Shown one piece after another: positions 10,580-21,309 of a stretch of 64,000 nucleotides of DNA. Positions within the stretch are counted from its first letter, which is position 1, and each line of letters opens with the position of its first letter. The stretch lies in NCBI GenBank assembly GCA_963849325.1, contig CAWKHF010000005.1, forward strand, positions 800,001 through 864,000, written 5' to 3'. The position numbers were made by a program, and so were the translations under genes. The notes below the pieces were generated by a model. The model was not told where the DNA came from. It did no database searches and saw only the letters and a program-made list of their open reading frames with translations. The DNA is from an uncultured Planctomycetota bacterium (lineage in GTDB: Bacteria; Planctomycetota; Planctomycetia; Gemmatales; Gemmataceae).

Positions 10580-10852
10580 GTTTCAATCCGCTCCCAGCGG
10601 AAGCCTGGGAGAAAAAGGCGATCCCGGTGGCGACGTTGTCAAGCGAGTCGGACGGTATGGAGATTAACGCGCCGGGGCGGGCAGGACAAGAGGGGGATGA
10701 TTTTAGGAGTTGCGGAAGATGGGCAAAGCGGCCGCGCCGGCCCGACGCCGGGACGAATCGACCCAATCGTCACAAGCGATAACGAAGATGTCTCCCGGCC
10801 TGGCGTCGGGAGACATGCCTCGAACAAAGACAAAGAACGAGCGAACCCAACC

Positions 10853-10906
10853 GAGCCGCGACCGTCAGGGAGCGGAGAACGCACCGCTCCCTGACGGTCG
10901 CGGCTC
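10853..10906. repeat. REP-like palindrome, family B intergenic copy
   Basis: 23-bp arms GAGCCGCGACCGTCAGGGAGCGG / CCGCTCCCTGACGGTCGCGGCTC. Confidence 0.9.
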
Positions 10907-10924
10907 TGACGGCATCGGGAGAGA

Positions 10925-11797
<873 letters not shown>

Positions 11798-12208
11798 CGC
11801 AATTCTCCTTGAAAAAGTGCGCAGGGGTAAATGCTATCTCCGCGGAGGGAGAGAAGACTTCCGAATGAGCGGGCAAGGGAGGGCGAAATACGCGGGGGGG
11901 AGCGGTTTTCACATGGCTTGTCGTAGCACTCTGAAACAGGGCCGGGGGCAAAAAGGGAAATTGCAATTGATGCGCCGCCAGCCGCGCCCCGTTGGTCGGA
12001 TGGGCACGGACCAGGGCAGAGAGGAGATGGAAGTGCTTGCCGCCAAGTAGATTGCAAGGAACGAACGGACCAGGCCACGATCGCGGCTTGCGAAAGATTA
12101 ATGTGTCATGAAAGGCGCTCGTGTGCAAAAAACAACAGGATCAAGCGTTATTGCACATGACCATGTGAGCATATGAAACTGACGATTCCGTCAGGAAGGT
12201 TCGGGCGC

Positions 12209-12241
12209 AAAAAAAAGACCCGCTCTTTTTCGGAGCGGGTC
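12209..12241 (-). terminator. Rho-independent terminator of the DUF1501 gene
   Basis: Minus strand: GACCCGCTC-loop-GAGCGGGTC followed by T8. Confidence 0.8.
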
Positions 12242-12268
12242 GTCGGAAGGTGTCGAAGAGGCGGCCGT

Positions 12269-13588
12269 TTACACGAGACCCTTGAGGGGCTTGCCGTCGG
12301 CGATCTCCAGGGGCCGGCCGAGGTTGTCGCGGACCTTGGTGCCGGGATCGATGCCCAGACCCTTGAACAGGGTGGCGAACAGGTCGCCAATGCTGGCCCG
12401 ATCGTCGCCCTTGACGTCCATGCCGTCCTTGCTGGTGGCGCCGAAAATTTGGCCGCCCTGGATGGCGCCGCCGCCGAGCACGACCGACCAGCACCGCGCC
12501 CAGTGATCGCGGCCGTTGTTCTGGTTGATGCGCGGCGTGCGGCCGAACTCGCCCATCCACACGATGGCGGTGTTCTTCCACATGCCGCGGTCCACCAGAT
12601 CCTTGACGAGCGCGCCCATGCCCTTGTCCAGCCGTGGGCCGTTGCCGTTCTTGATCGTGTTGAAGATGTTGCCGTGATTGTCCCAGCCGCCGAGATCGAC
12701 CTCGACGCAGGTGACGCCCTGCTCGACCAGCTTGCGGGCCAGCAGACAGCCCATGCCGAAGCCGTTCCGCTGTCCACCGTAGGCGTCGATGACCTTGGCC
12801 GGCTCCTTGTTGACCTCGAACACGGTGCGCAGCGGCGAGATGGTCAGGTCGAACGCCTTCTTGTAGATGGCCTCGTGCGACTGGGCGGCGCTGCCGGCCG
12901 CCTCGCGGTCGGCCGAGGTCTTCAGGTGCGGGAAGGCCCCTTCGGAGAAGTTGTCCTCGACGGTATAGAACAGGCGCTGCCGACGACGCAGGCGCTCGGT
13001 CGTTTCGGCGTCGTTGCCGAGTGCGGGGGCCTTGATGTTCTGCGGCGGCTGGCCGGCGTTCTGCACCGTGAAGGGAGCGTACATCATGCCGAGGAAGCCG
13101 GGGCCGATGCGCTGCGCGGTGCCGCCGACGCCGATGAAACCGGGCAACGGCAGCTCCTTCGGGGTCAACAGCGACGAAGCGGTGGCGCCGATGGCCGGAT
13201 ACTGCACGACCGGGCTGGGCTGACGGCCGGTGTTCATCAGGACCGTGCCGCGTTCATGGCTGCCCTCGTTGGTCACTAGCGAGCGGACGATGGACAGGTG
13301 CTTGAACTGGCTGGCCACGGTCGGCAGGACCTCGCTGATCTCGATGCCGGAGGCGGGCGTCTTGATGGGCTTGAACTCGCCGCCGGTCTGCTCGCCGGGC
13401 TTGAGGTCCCACAGATCCATGTGGCTGGGTCCGCCGCCCATCCACAAAATGATCAGACTTTTGCTGTCCTTCTTGAGCTTGGGCGCCGCCGCCCGCAACC
13501 CCTGCCAGAACTGCATGCCGGGTACGGCCAGAGCGGAAGCCGCCGCCGCGTGCTTGAGGAAGTGCCGACGATTCATAGCCGCTTGCAT
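12269..13588 (-). CDS. DUF1501 family protein (Tat signal)
   Basis: NRRHFLK twin-arginine; WMGGGPSHMDLWDLKP, LLARKLVEQGV, GGWDNH, GEFGRTP, GRDHW. Confidence 0.95.
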   Translation of the reverse strand: MQAAMNRRHFLKHAAAASALAVPGMQFWQGLRAAAPKLKKDSKSLIILWMGGGPSHMDLWDLKPGEQTGGEFKPIKTPASGIEISEVLPTVASQFKHLSIVRSLVTNEGSHERGTVLMNTGRQPSPVVQYPAIGATASSLLTPKELPLPGFIGVGGTAQRIGPGFLGMMYAPFTVQNAGQPPQNIKAPALGNDAETTERLRRRQRLFYTVEDNFSEGAFPHLKTSADREAAGSAAQSHEAIYKKAFDLTISPLRTVFEVNKEPAKVIDAYGGQRNGFGMGCLLARKLVEQGVTCVEVDLGGWDNHGNIFNTIKNGNGPRLDKGMGALVKDLVDRGMWKNTAIVWMGEFGRTPRINQNNGRDHWARCWSVVLGGGAIQGGQIFGATSKDGMDVKGDDRASIGDLFATLFKGLGIDPGTKVRDNLGRPLEIADGKPLKGLV

Positions 13589-13923
13589 GGAGACCCCCTG
13601 TGTCGCGAGGATGGGGCTGTTCGGATCGCGGAGGGCGTCCTCCGGCCCACAACACCAGCTTTGACCGAACTTCTTGGAGTGTAACCGATCCCGGCCCACG
13701 AGCAAGCCGCAACGGACGGCTCGTTGTTGATTCGTTGTCGATTGGACGCGGCGGTTGCCGACAGAGTTCCCAAAACCACAAAAATCCCGTGCCCTTCCGC
13801 CGTGAAGTTCTGGAGTGCCTCGTCCAGACGCCTGCAAGAGCGACCGGAAAAAAGTCCCAGGGTGGGCGGAGGGACTTGATTTCCGACCGGCCCTCCTCAT
13901 ATGGTATGAAAGGAACCAGCCGT

Positions 13924-14009
13924 GCCGGAGTGGCGGAATTGGCAGACGCGCCAGGTTGAGGGCCTGGTTCCCATCACTGGGAGTGCAGGTTCGATCCCTG
14001 TCTCCGGCA
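13924..14009 (+). tRNA. tRNA-Leu(GAG)
   Basis: Acceptor GCCGGAG/CTCCGGC, anticodon arm CCAGG-TTGAGGG-CCTGG, long variable arm, GGTTCGATCCC T arm; no encoded CCA. Confidence 0.95.
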
Positions 14010-14159
14010 ACTGAACAGGGCAAGGGGTTACGGCGAATCCGGGCCTCTTGCCCTGTGCGTTTGCGGTAGAATGGCCGTTTGCGGGAAACGAGAGAAAAGC
14101 CCGGAGTGCGAACCTGCCGGCGCGACCGTCGTGGGTACGCCCGGGGAAGGAGGCCGTCC

Positions 14160-14720
14160 ATGACCGCAGCCGAAGCGCGACTGTTTCAACTCCTCCAGGA
14201 ACGCTCGTTCCAGCGCGGTACGTTCCGCCTGGTATCCGGGTCCGTGAGCGACTATTACATAGACGGAAAGATGTCCGAAGTCTTCTCGGAGGCGGCCTAT
14301 CTGATCGGGGAAGTCCTGTACGAGCGGACGAAGGATCTGGCCATCGACGCTATCGGCGGACTGGAAATCGGCGCCGTCCCGCTGACCACGGCGGCGGTCA
14401 TCAGCTACCACCTGCACGACCGGCCGATGGAAGGCTTCTGGGTCCGAGACAAGGCCAAGGGCCACGGGACGCGGAAAACCGTGGAGGGCAACCTGAAGCC
14501 CGGTTCGCGTGTCGTTGTCGTGGACGATGTGATTACGACAGGTGCTTCCTCCGTCAAAGCCATCCAGGAAGTGAAGCAAAAGGATTGCGCGATCGTCTCG
14601 GTCCTGGCGCTGGTGGACCGTTTGCAAGGAGCCGAGAAACTCTTCCGGGACGAAGGCATTGCGGACTATCAGGCCGTTTTCACGATCCGCGATTTCGGGG
14701 TGCAAGAAGCCGGTCGTTGA
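14160..14720 (+). CDS. pyrE: Orotate phosphoribosyltransferase
   Basis: FRLVSGSVSDYYID, VRDKAKGHG, VVVDDVITTGAS PRPP-binding motif. Confidence 0.92.
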   Translation: MTAAEARLFQLLQERSFQRGTFRLVSGSVSDYYIDGKMSEVFSEAAYLIGEVLYERTKDLAIDAIGGLEIGAVPLTTAAVISYHLHDRPMEGFWVRDKAKGHGTRKTVEGNLKPGSRVVVVDDVITTGASSVKAIQEVKQKDCAIVSVLALVDRLQGAEKLFRDEGIADYQAVFTIRDFGVQEAGR

Positions 14721-14868
14721 TCTCTTTTCGGCCATCCTCGTGCCGAATCCGCATCCCGAACGGAAGCCAAACTGGCTTGTCAGCCATTTCCTCCACGGGT
14801 AGAATGCTCAAGTAGAAGAGAGCGCACCAAGAAGCCGGTTCTCGCCGTTTCTTCGACTTTCCGGACAT

Positions 14869-14939
14869 TGGGGATTGGTGTAACGGTAGCACGACTGACT
14901 CTGGATCAGTTAGTCTAGGTTCGAATCCTAGATCCCCAG
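14869..14939 (+). tRNA. tRNA-Gln(CTG), integration target
   Basis: Acceptor TGGGGAT/ATCCCCA, anticodon arm ACTGA-CTCTGGA-TCAGT, T arm CTAGG-TTCGAAT-CCTAG. Confidence 0.95.
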
Positions 14940-14962
14940 CTTGACTGATGTGATTGTGGCAG

Positions 14963-14996
14963 AAGGACATGCGGCGATTTGCTGCATGTCCTTTTT
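14963..14996 (+). terminator. Terminator after tRNA-Gln (element side)
   Basis: AAGGACATGCGGC / GCTGCATGTCCTT stem plus T run. Confidence 0.7.
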
Positions 14997-15000
14997 GCTT

Positions 15001-15021
15001 TTCTGACACATTCCTGACACA
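15001..15021 (+). promoter_or_regulatory. Putative integrase arm-type sites (left)
   Basis: Tandem CTGACACA x2; the same tandem occurs at 44996-45015 near attR. Confidence 0.65.
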
Positions 15022-15122
15022 AATAGGGCTTTTGGCGGGCGTTTGCACTGGTGGCAACACAGAGGGCGTTTCGCGTAGGATTCCTTACTCGGTCAGGACG
15101 TAACTGCCTTGGAGGAATCACG

Positions 15123-16349
15123 ATGGCGACCCTCGAACACGACCTCGCTTCTGGCCGCTACCGCGTCCGCTTCCGGTACGGCGGACGGCAGTTCAAACGC
15201 TCCCTGAAAACGCAGGACGAGGACAAGGCCAAGATCACGCTCGACCGGATCGAGGAAATGATCGCCCTGCTGGAACGCGGCCTCGTCGAGATGCCGCCGA
15301 ACGTGGACCCCGGCCAGTTCATCGTCACGGACGGCAAGCTGGTCAAAAAGCCAGTGGTAGAGAAGGTCGTCACCTTGAGTGACCTGTTCGACCGCTACCG
15401 CGAGATGTTGCCCGAAGGCGCGAAGGAGACCAGCACCACCACGACCGAGCGCATCCACTTCAACCACTTGAAACGCCACCTTGGCGGGAAGACGGTGGTG
15501 CAGGCTCTCACCACGGAGATCCTGCAAGAGTACATCGTCAAGCGGTCGCAGGACAAGTGGCGAGGGCGGCGAATCGGCGTGGATACGATCAAGAAGGAGA
15601 TCGCTACGCTGTGCGCGGTCTGGAACTGGGCGGCGCATCTCAAGTACCTGTCCGGCCCGGCTCCGGTGAAGGGTCTGGTATTCCCCAAGGGTAAAGAGAA
15701 GCCGCGCTTCCAGACGTGGGATGAGATCGAGCGCGTCATCGAGCGGGGTGGCATGTCGAAAGACGCCCAGAAGGAACTCTGGGACTCACTCTTCCTGACC
15801 GTCGAGCAGATCGTCGAGTTACTCGCCCACGTCGAGGGTAAGCCAAAGAAGCCCGCCTTCGTGTACCCGATGATCGCGTTCGTCGCGTACACCGGCGCTC
15901 GTCGGAGCGAGATGATGCGGGCGCGCGTCGAGGACTTCAACCTCGCCGAAGGCAGGGTCGTGATCCGCGAGAAGAAGAAGGACAAGACCAAGCAGGAGAC
16001 GTATCGGCACGTTGACCTCGCCGCACCGCTGGTGACAGTCTTGAAGGAGTGGTTCGGACAATACCACCCCGGAGGGGTGTATGCCTTCTGCCGCTTCGCA
16101 GGAAGGCCCCTGTCACGCCAAAATGCGGCTAAGGCGTTCAGACGAGCGCTGGCGAAAAGCAAGTGGCAGAAGGTTCGCGGGTTCCATGTGTTCCGCCACT
16201 CGTTCGCTTCCAACCTCGCCGCAAAGGGAATCGATCAGCGTCTCATCGATGAATGGATGGGCCACCAGACGGAGGCCATGCGGAAGCGCTACCGCCACCT
16301 TTTCCCCGACCAACGCCGCAAGGCCATCGAGTTAGTATTTTCGGGGTAA
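15123..16349 (+). CDS. Tyrosine recombinase/integrase
   Basis: TGARRSE (R), HVFRHSF (HxxR), MGH and RKRY catalytic residues; N-terminal arm-binding-like segment; next to attL. Confidence 0.93.
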   Translation: MATLEHDLASGRYRVRFRYGGRQFKRSLKTQDEDKAKITLDRIEEMIALLERGLVEMPPNVDPGQFIVTDGKLVKKPVVEKVVTLSDLFDRYREMLPEGAKETSTTTTERIHFNHLKRHLGGKTVVQALTTEILQEYIVKRSQDKWRGRRIGVDTIKKEIATLCAVWNWAAHLKYLSGPAPVKGLVFPKGKEKPRFQTWDEIERVIERGGMSKDAQKELWDSLFLTVEQIVELLAHVEGKPKKPAFVYPMIAFVAYTGARRSEMMRARVEDFNLAEGRVVIREKKKDKTKQETYRHVDLAAPLVTVLKEWFGQYHPGGVYAFCRFAGRPLSRQNAAKAFRRALAKSKWQKVRGFHVFRHSFASNLAAKGIDQRLIDEWMGHQTEAMRKRYRHLFPDQRRKAIELVFSG

Positions 16350-16727
16350 GGGGAGGAGCCCCTCCTTCCGGTAACGCTCGACCTCTTCTTTCGAGATGCG
16401 CCACTCGCCCTCGTTGCCGCGCCCGTGCGGGAGCTTCTTGGCGCGAACTCGCCCGAGTCTGCACCATTCCCGTACCGTATATTCCTCGCGCCCGAGCATC
16501 GCGGCGACCTCTGCGGTCGTGTACCAGTCGTCACCTGCCGTCCTCCGCAGCAGAGCGGCCTGATTTACCTCGAAGGCCGCGAACCGGCTTTCGAGCCGGT
16601 CCAGCAACTCGCCCAGCCGATGTAGATCATCGACTCGATCCAATACATCGGTCAGCCGGTGGAGGAGATCGGTGATCTCGGCGAGATGCCCTTCGTAGCG
16701 CGTGGGGAAAGGCAGGCGCGAGGTCAT
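16332..16727 (-). CDS. HTH protein, excisionase-like
   Basis: WYTTAEVAAMLGREEYTVREWCRLGRVRAKK...WRIS; convergent with the integrase. Confidence 0.8.
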   Translation of the reverse strand: MTSRLPFPTRYEGHLAEITDLLHRLTDVLDRVDDLHRLGELLDRLESRFAAFEVNQAALLRRTAGDDWYTTAEVAAMLGREEYTVREWCRLGRVRAKKLPHGRGNEGEWRISKEEVERYRKEGLLPLPRKY

Positions 16728-16853
16728 GGTGTAGTCCTAGCTGCAAGAGGTTCGAGAAGTGCTCGTCCATCCTATTTGATCCTCGGTCCCGCAAGCCGTC
16801 CGGCACAGGAGCATGGCAGCGAAACTCTCCACAATTCCGTCACGACAACGCCT

Positions 16854-17579
16854 TCAGACACGGGCGGAGCGCGCTGCACGCCGATCCTCGTCGGGATCGG
16901 AGACGTGCCGCCTGACCAATTCGTAGTAGTCGTCGATAACGCGCTGGAAGGTGTCGGCCTTCGGAGAGGCGAGGATCGCCGCTACCTTGTCCGCGTTCGG
17001 CCCAATGAGCGGCGGCTGCTCCGCATCCTCGACTCCCAGCGCCCGCCCCACCAGCGTCATCTCCTCTTCGCCGACGACCCGTGCCGCAGCGAGCCGCCGC
17101 TCGCGCTCGGCCAGCAGCCGGTTACGGAATTTCTCCACGAAGCCTTCCCCGTCCTCCGTAGTCAGGAGCCGCCGCACGAGGTTCACCCGCCATAGGTGAT
17201 CCACGCCCGGCAGGGCGAAATAGTCGGCGATCATCGACAGGTTCTCGGCGTTTCGCTCCTCCACGAAGCTCACCCCGGCAGAGGCCAGCCGCCGCATCAG
17301 CTTTTCGGCGACTCCGATTTCACGAGCAGCCTGTTTCCGGTTCAGGCCGATGATCTTGAGAAGGCTGTCGAGGTTCCCGGCGAAGCGTTTCTTCAGTTCC
17401 GTGAGGGTCAGCCGCTCCTCGGATTCGCCCTCCTCGCTTGTCACGACCCGTATCTTCGGTGGTCTTCGTTTGAGTGAGTCCGCCGACTTCTCGCCGGGGA
17501 TTACCCGGACTGAGGGTTTCTTCGATCCACCCGCAGGCCCGGCACTCTCCTCTTCCGGCTTCCGCTTTTGGCTGGTCAT
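16854..17579 (-). CDS. XRE-like HTH regulator (putative repressor)
   Basis: FAGNLDSLLKIIGLNRKQAAREIGV HTH; divergent from the 18-24 kb gene run. Confidence 0.7.
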   Translation of the reverse strand: MTSQKRKPEEESAGPAGGSKKPSVRVIPGEKSADSLKRRPPKIRVVTSEEGESEERLTLTELKKRFAGNLDSLLKIIGLNRKQAAREIGVAEKLMRRLASAGVSFVEERNAENLSMIADYFALPGVDHLWRVNLVRRLLTTEDGEGFVEKFRNRLLAERERRLAAARVVGEEEMTLVGRALGVEDAEQPPLIGPNADKVAAILASPKADTFQRVIDDYYELVRRHVSDPDEDRRAARSARV

Positions 17580-17774
17580 GCTTACGCACTCCTTTCTTTC
17601 GAGCCGAAAACACCGGCTTCCCACCTATGACAGTATAGGCGCTGCGGCGGTCGTGTCCATATTAGACGTAAAAATTAGTACACATACTTGACGTGGGCAT
17701 CCACGGCCATATATCCATACATGGCGAGCGGCTTGTCACCGCTTGCGCCGGGCTGAGGCGAAAGGGAGAGGGGC

Positions 17775-17990
17775 ATGGACGAGCTTGTGATGAGGGCCAT
17801 CAGAGCTTACCTGCGGTGGTGAAAATGCGGGGCATCGACGGCCCGATGCCATCCTCGGCGCACAGCGATGTCGAGGATGGCAGCATCGTCCTCCGCAACG
17901 TGAACGGCGAACTGGCTCGGTAGAGAGTCACCGCGAGCGGACACCTGCGCCGCGTATCGCCCAAGCCGATGAAGACCCGACCGGGTAATT
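17775..17990 (+). pseudogene. Degenerate small mobile-element gene
   Basis: GAGAGGGG RBS, MDELVMRAIRAYLRW, a frameshift, then IVLRNVNGELAR*RV with an internal TAG; end approximate. Confidence 0.35.
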
Positions 17991-18018
17991 GCCAGCAGGT
18001 AACGGGAAGGAGAGCAGC

Positions 18019-18741
18019 ATGGCCGAAAACACTAGCATCGGGTGGACCGACCACACGATGAACTTCTGGTGGGGATGCCACAAGGTCTCGCCGGAATGCA
18101 CCCACTGCTACATCGACGGTATCATGCGCCGGGCCGGGCGCGTCCCGTTCCGTGGACCCATGAGGACGGTGAACTGGGGCCATCCGGCGAAATGGCAGAG
18201 GCAGGCAGCGAAGACTGGCAAACGGCTGCGTATCTTCACCTGCTCGATGAGCGACTTCTTCCATCCGGGGGCCGATCAATGGAGGCCCGAGGCGTGGCAG
18301 GTCATCCGGGCCTGCCCGAACCTTGACTGGCTCATTCTGACCAAGCGCCCGGAACTCATCGCCGACCGGCTCCCGGCAGACTGGGGCAAGGGCTACGGGA
18401 ACGTCTGGCTTGGTGTCACCTGCGGTGTGCGGGCCTCGCTGAGTCGCCTTTCGATCCTAAAGAATATCCCGGCAGTGGTCCGCTTCGTGTCTGCCGAGCC
18501 CCTGCTGGAATCCATTGACTTCCGACCATACCTCGACGGTTCGATCCACTGGATCATCACGGGCTGCGAGCAGTCTGGCGTCGGCAAGCGCCGACCGATG
18601 GAACTCGACTGGTTGCGGGACATCGACCGGCAGTGCCGAGAGGCAGGCATCGTCCACTTCTTCAAGCAGCGGTATGAGGGGAGCCAGATCGTTTTCGATG
18701 GCCTGCTTGATGGCGTCGTTCGGCAGGCATGGCCGAGGTAG
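18019..18741 (+). CDS. Phage Gp37/Gp68 family (DUF5131) protein
   Basis: TSIGWTDHTMNFWWGCHKVSPECTHCY, FTCSMSDFFH, LTKRP, FVSAEPLL, FFKQ. Confidence 0.9.
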   Translation: MAENTSIGWTDHTMNFWWGCHKVSPECTHCYIDGIMRRAGRVPFRGPMRTVNWGHPAKWQRQAAKTGKRLRIFTCSMSDFFHPGADQWRPEAWQVIRACPNLDWLILTKRPELIADRLPADWGKGYGNVWLGVTCGVRASLSRLSILKNIPAVVRFVSAEPLLESIDFRPYLDGSIHWIITGCEQSGVGKRRPMELDWLRDIDRQCREAGIVHFFKQRYEGSQIVFDGLLDGVVRQAWPR

Positions 18742-18824
18742 TGCAGTTTCTTGACAAGCTACGCAGCCCTCCGGGATGGTTTACTGGGGAATGCAAGCGT
18801 GCCGCTATTTCAAGGAGAAATGCC

Positions 18825-19187
18825 ATGAAACGCAGAGAGGCTATCCCGTTGATAGAGCATGAGATTGCCACTGCCATGTGGCGCAACTACCGGAATCCGC
18901 ATCTGAGCCGCTTCGCCTTCAACATTAGAGAGTCCGTGATGGACCGCTTCGTGGACGCGATCCCCGACTTCATGGACCGGATGCAGGCCGTGGCGTCCAC
19001 CACCAAGAGGTTCGTCGAAGGTTCGTCCGTCGAGTTGGTCCGCGCACCAACGCACTCGGAGGCCCAAATGGGCCAGATCGAAGTGCTCCTCAACAAGCGT
19101 GTTCGGTGCGCGCTGTCCATCGTGTTCCACAAGAGCGAGTTCTGGATCTCGGACAAGGAGTTCTTCCCGTACCCGGATAGTAACTGA
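18825..19187 (+). CDS. Hypothetical protein
   Basis: AAGGAG RBS; lies in the co-directional gene run. Confidence 0.65.
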   Translation: MKRREAIPLIEHEIATAMWRNYRNPHLSRFAFNIRESVMDRFVDAIPDFMDRMQAVASTTKRFVEGSSVELVRAPTHSEAQMGQIEVLLNKRVRCALSIVFHKSEFWISDKEFFPYPDSN

Positions 19188-19217
19188 ACCATGTCGTCCG
19201 ACTGAAAGGAGTGTGAG

Positions 19218-19490
19218 ATGATCCGAGCGTTGAAACCTAACAACCGCCTCTGCTGCGTCTGGAGGGGGAACGACGACAGCACCGTGAACTGCCTCGTCTA
19301 CGGCGACAAGCGGATTCGGACCTACCTGCCGGGCCGCGTCGATGGGAGGCTGCACGGCGTTGTCGTGCAGAGGACTGCGCTTGATCTGGTCCGCCATCTG
19401 GAAACAACCGCAGAGCCTTGCTTGGCTCCGGTCCTGCTGTGCAAGCGGCTTTTCGGCTGGGCCGAAGAGGGCTTCGCCGAAACACGTTAA
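19218..19490 (+). CDS. Hypothetical protein
   Basis: AAGGAG RBS before ATG. Confidence 0.55.
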   Translation: MIRALKPNNRLCCVWRGNDDSTVNCLVYGDKRIRTYLPGRVDGRLHGVVVQRTALDLVRHLETTAEPCLAPVLLCKRLFGWAEEGFAETR

Positions 19491-19559
19491 TCGAGCAAGG
19501 AGCCAATGAAGAGGCAGACTTTGACCGTGTTCGGAAGACAAGGGTGAGGAGACCCACCT

Positions 19560-20339
19560 ATGAGTACCAAGACTCGTGTTCTCGACCAGTTCACGGAGGC
19601 CGTCGCCCGGCTTCGGCAGGAGCTTCCAGAGATGCTCCTTCCCGACCTCCAACGACTTGAGCGGGCTTTCAAGGAAATTCGCCAGATGAACACCACGCTC
19701 AGGCGCAAAACAGACGAGGCCGGGGCATTACTCCCCGCCGTGCAACGAGACGCGCAGCACGCCAGAGCCGAGGCCCAGCAGCAAGCGCAGCAAGCCGCGA
19801 GCCTCGCTCAGAGGCTCACCAACAAGGAGCAGGAAGTGAACAGGCTCCAGAAAGCGCTCGCAGAGACCGACGCCTTGTTGGTCGATCAACGAGCAAAAGG
19901 TTTCAACGCCGAAATGCTCAAGGACTTCCTTGACCAGTTAGAGATCGACCTCCGCTGCGCCTTAGAGGAGAACGAGAACACCACCACGACGGAATACCCG
20001 TGCGAGCCCAAGCTGCGGCGCTTCTTTGAGCGTTACGGCCAGTTCGGAGGTTTCGTGCCCCGAACGACTCTTGCCAAGCGCGGTAAGCCCACCGAGACCG
20101 CCGAAGCGGCCTCCGCGAAACTGCGTGGTGAAGTGCGCTCCAAAAACCGCGACACCTATCGTGCTGAACTGGACCACCTGCTCGCGCTCAGCAGCCGATT
20201 GTCGTTCGCTCTTGAATGCTGCAAACGACCACGACAGCAGTTCAGCCGCACCTTCTTCATCCACGACGACGGTTCCGTTGAGCAAAAGGAAGAGTGGACC
20301 GACGTGGAAGCCGTTATCAAACAGCACCGACGTAGTTGA
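19560..20339 (+). CDS. Coiled-coil hypothetical protein
   Basis: GAGGAG RBS; Q/A/E-rich heptad segment. Confidence 0.7.
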   Translation: MSTKTRVLDQFTEAVARLRQELPEMLLPDLQRLERAFKEIRQMNTTLRRKTDEAGALLPAVQRDAQHARAEAQQQAQQAASLAQRLTNKEQEVNRLQKALAETDALLVDQRAKGFNAEMLKDFLDQLEIDLRCALEENENTTTTEYPCEPKLRRFFERYGQFGGFVPRTTLAKRGKPTETAEAASAKLRGEVRSKNRDTYRAELDHLLALSSRLSFALECCKRPRQQFSRTFFIHDDGSVEQKEEWTDVEAVIKQHRRS

Positions 20340-20407
20340 TTTTGTCTCGACGGCTGCGCCCGGCAGGCATGGCCGAAACATTAAGCCAAATATGGAGGGA
20401 GGTCTCC

Positions 20408-21236
20408 ATGTTCGATACGGTCAAGGCCGCGCGAGAGGCGGGCTTTCGGGAGCGCAAGATCTGGGAGTATGGGGGTGAGGAGATATACATCAAGGGACGG
20501 TTGCTGGTCCGAAACCCAAAGGAAGCGCAGTCCCAGACGGAGTGGTCAAGGAGAGGCTATCATCTGCGCCAAGATGCCGAACCCCATTGCCAACGCTCGG
20601 TTCATTTCGCTGGGCGTGGCAGCATCACGTACCCCGTCTACCGGGAAGATCAGGTCGAGCCCAAGCCGCCCGGTGTCCTCGACGCCGCCTGTGTTGATCG
20701 ACACGCTGGCTGCATTGTGGGCCATCAACCGCCGCGCCAAGCGTTGCCGTGATCTCGCCAGCACCCACTACAAGACCGGCACACATGGCTTTGCCGCTGT
20801 CAGTAAGGCAGAGAAGCTCGAACTCTACCGCCTCAAGGGACAGGCTCTCCACTACTTGCTCTTGGAGAAGCGGCTGGAGGTTGTGGGGCATCATCGCTTC
20901 CCCGAAGGAAACTGGGCCGAGGTACTCAAGGGGAGCGGTTACACGTTTCACCGCCCTTGTCCGACACAGCAGGGACAGGCAGTCAACGAGATCGACGAGA
21001 TTGAAGCGAAGCCGCGCGGTAGCAAGGAACCCCGCCTAAAGGACGCCCTCTACAGCATCAAGGCGTATCTGGATGGCAAGCCGCAGGTCTGCGTGTTCGA
21101 GTCGGCGCACAAAGCTCCCTTCCGCCCCAGACGATTATCGCGGCACTGGAACGACTTCGATGAGGATTCCGACGAGGACGTTGAGGATGACGATTTCGAC
21201 GACGAATTGGCTGGGTCGGGGCACGGTATCTGGTAG
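20408..21236 (+). CDS. Hypothetical protein with YkyB-like C-terminal domain (one indel near 20670)
   Basis: GGAGG RBS; LWAINRRAK...LYRLKGQAL...GYTFHRP resembles YkyB; acidic tail. Confidence 0.55.
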
Positions 21237-21241
21237 TAAGG

Positions 21242-21295
21242 CTGCACCATTGCACTATTGCACTGGTGTACAAGTGCAATAGTGCAACGGTGCAG
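21242..21295. promoter_or_regulatory. Palindrome built from 8-bp TGCAC-core iterons (putative operator or origin)
   Basis: 23-bp arms CTGCACCATTGCACTATTGCACT / AGTGCAATAGTGCAACGGTGCAG with 1 mismatch, ending 14 bp before the ATPase start. Confidence 0.65.
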
Positions 21296-21309
21296 TGAGG
21301 ATCACGACC

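Noticed and set aside
17775-17990. Stop-codon readthrough (TAG at 17921) in the small ORF
   Set aside because: It comes with a frameshift and no recoding signal; decay is more likely.
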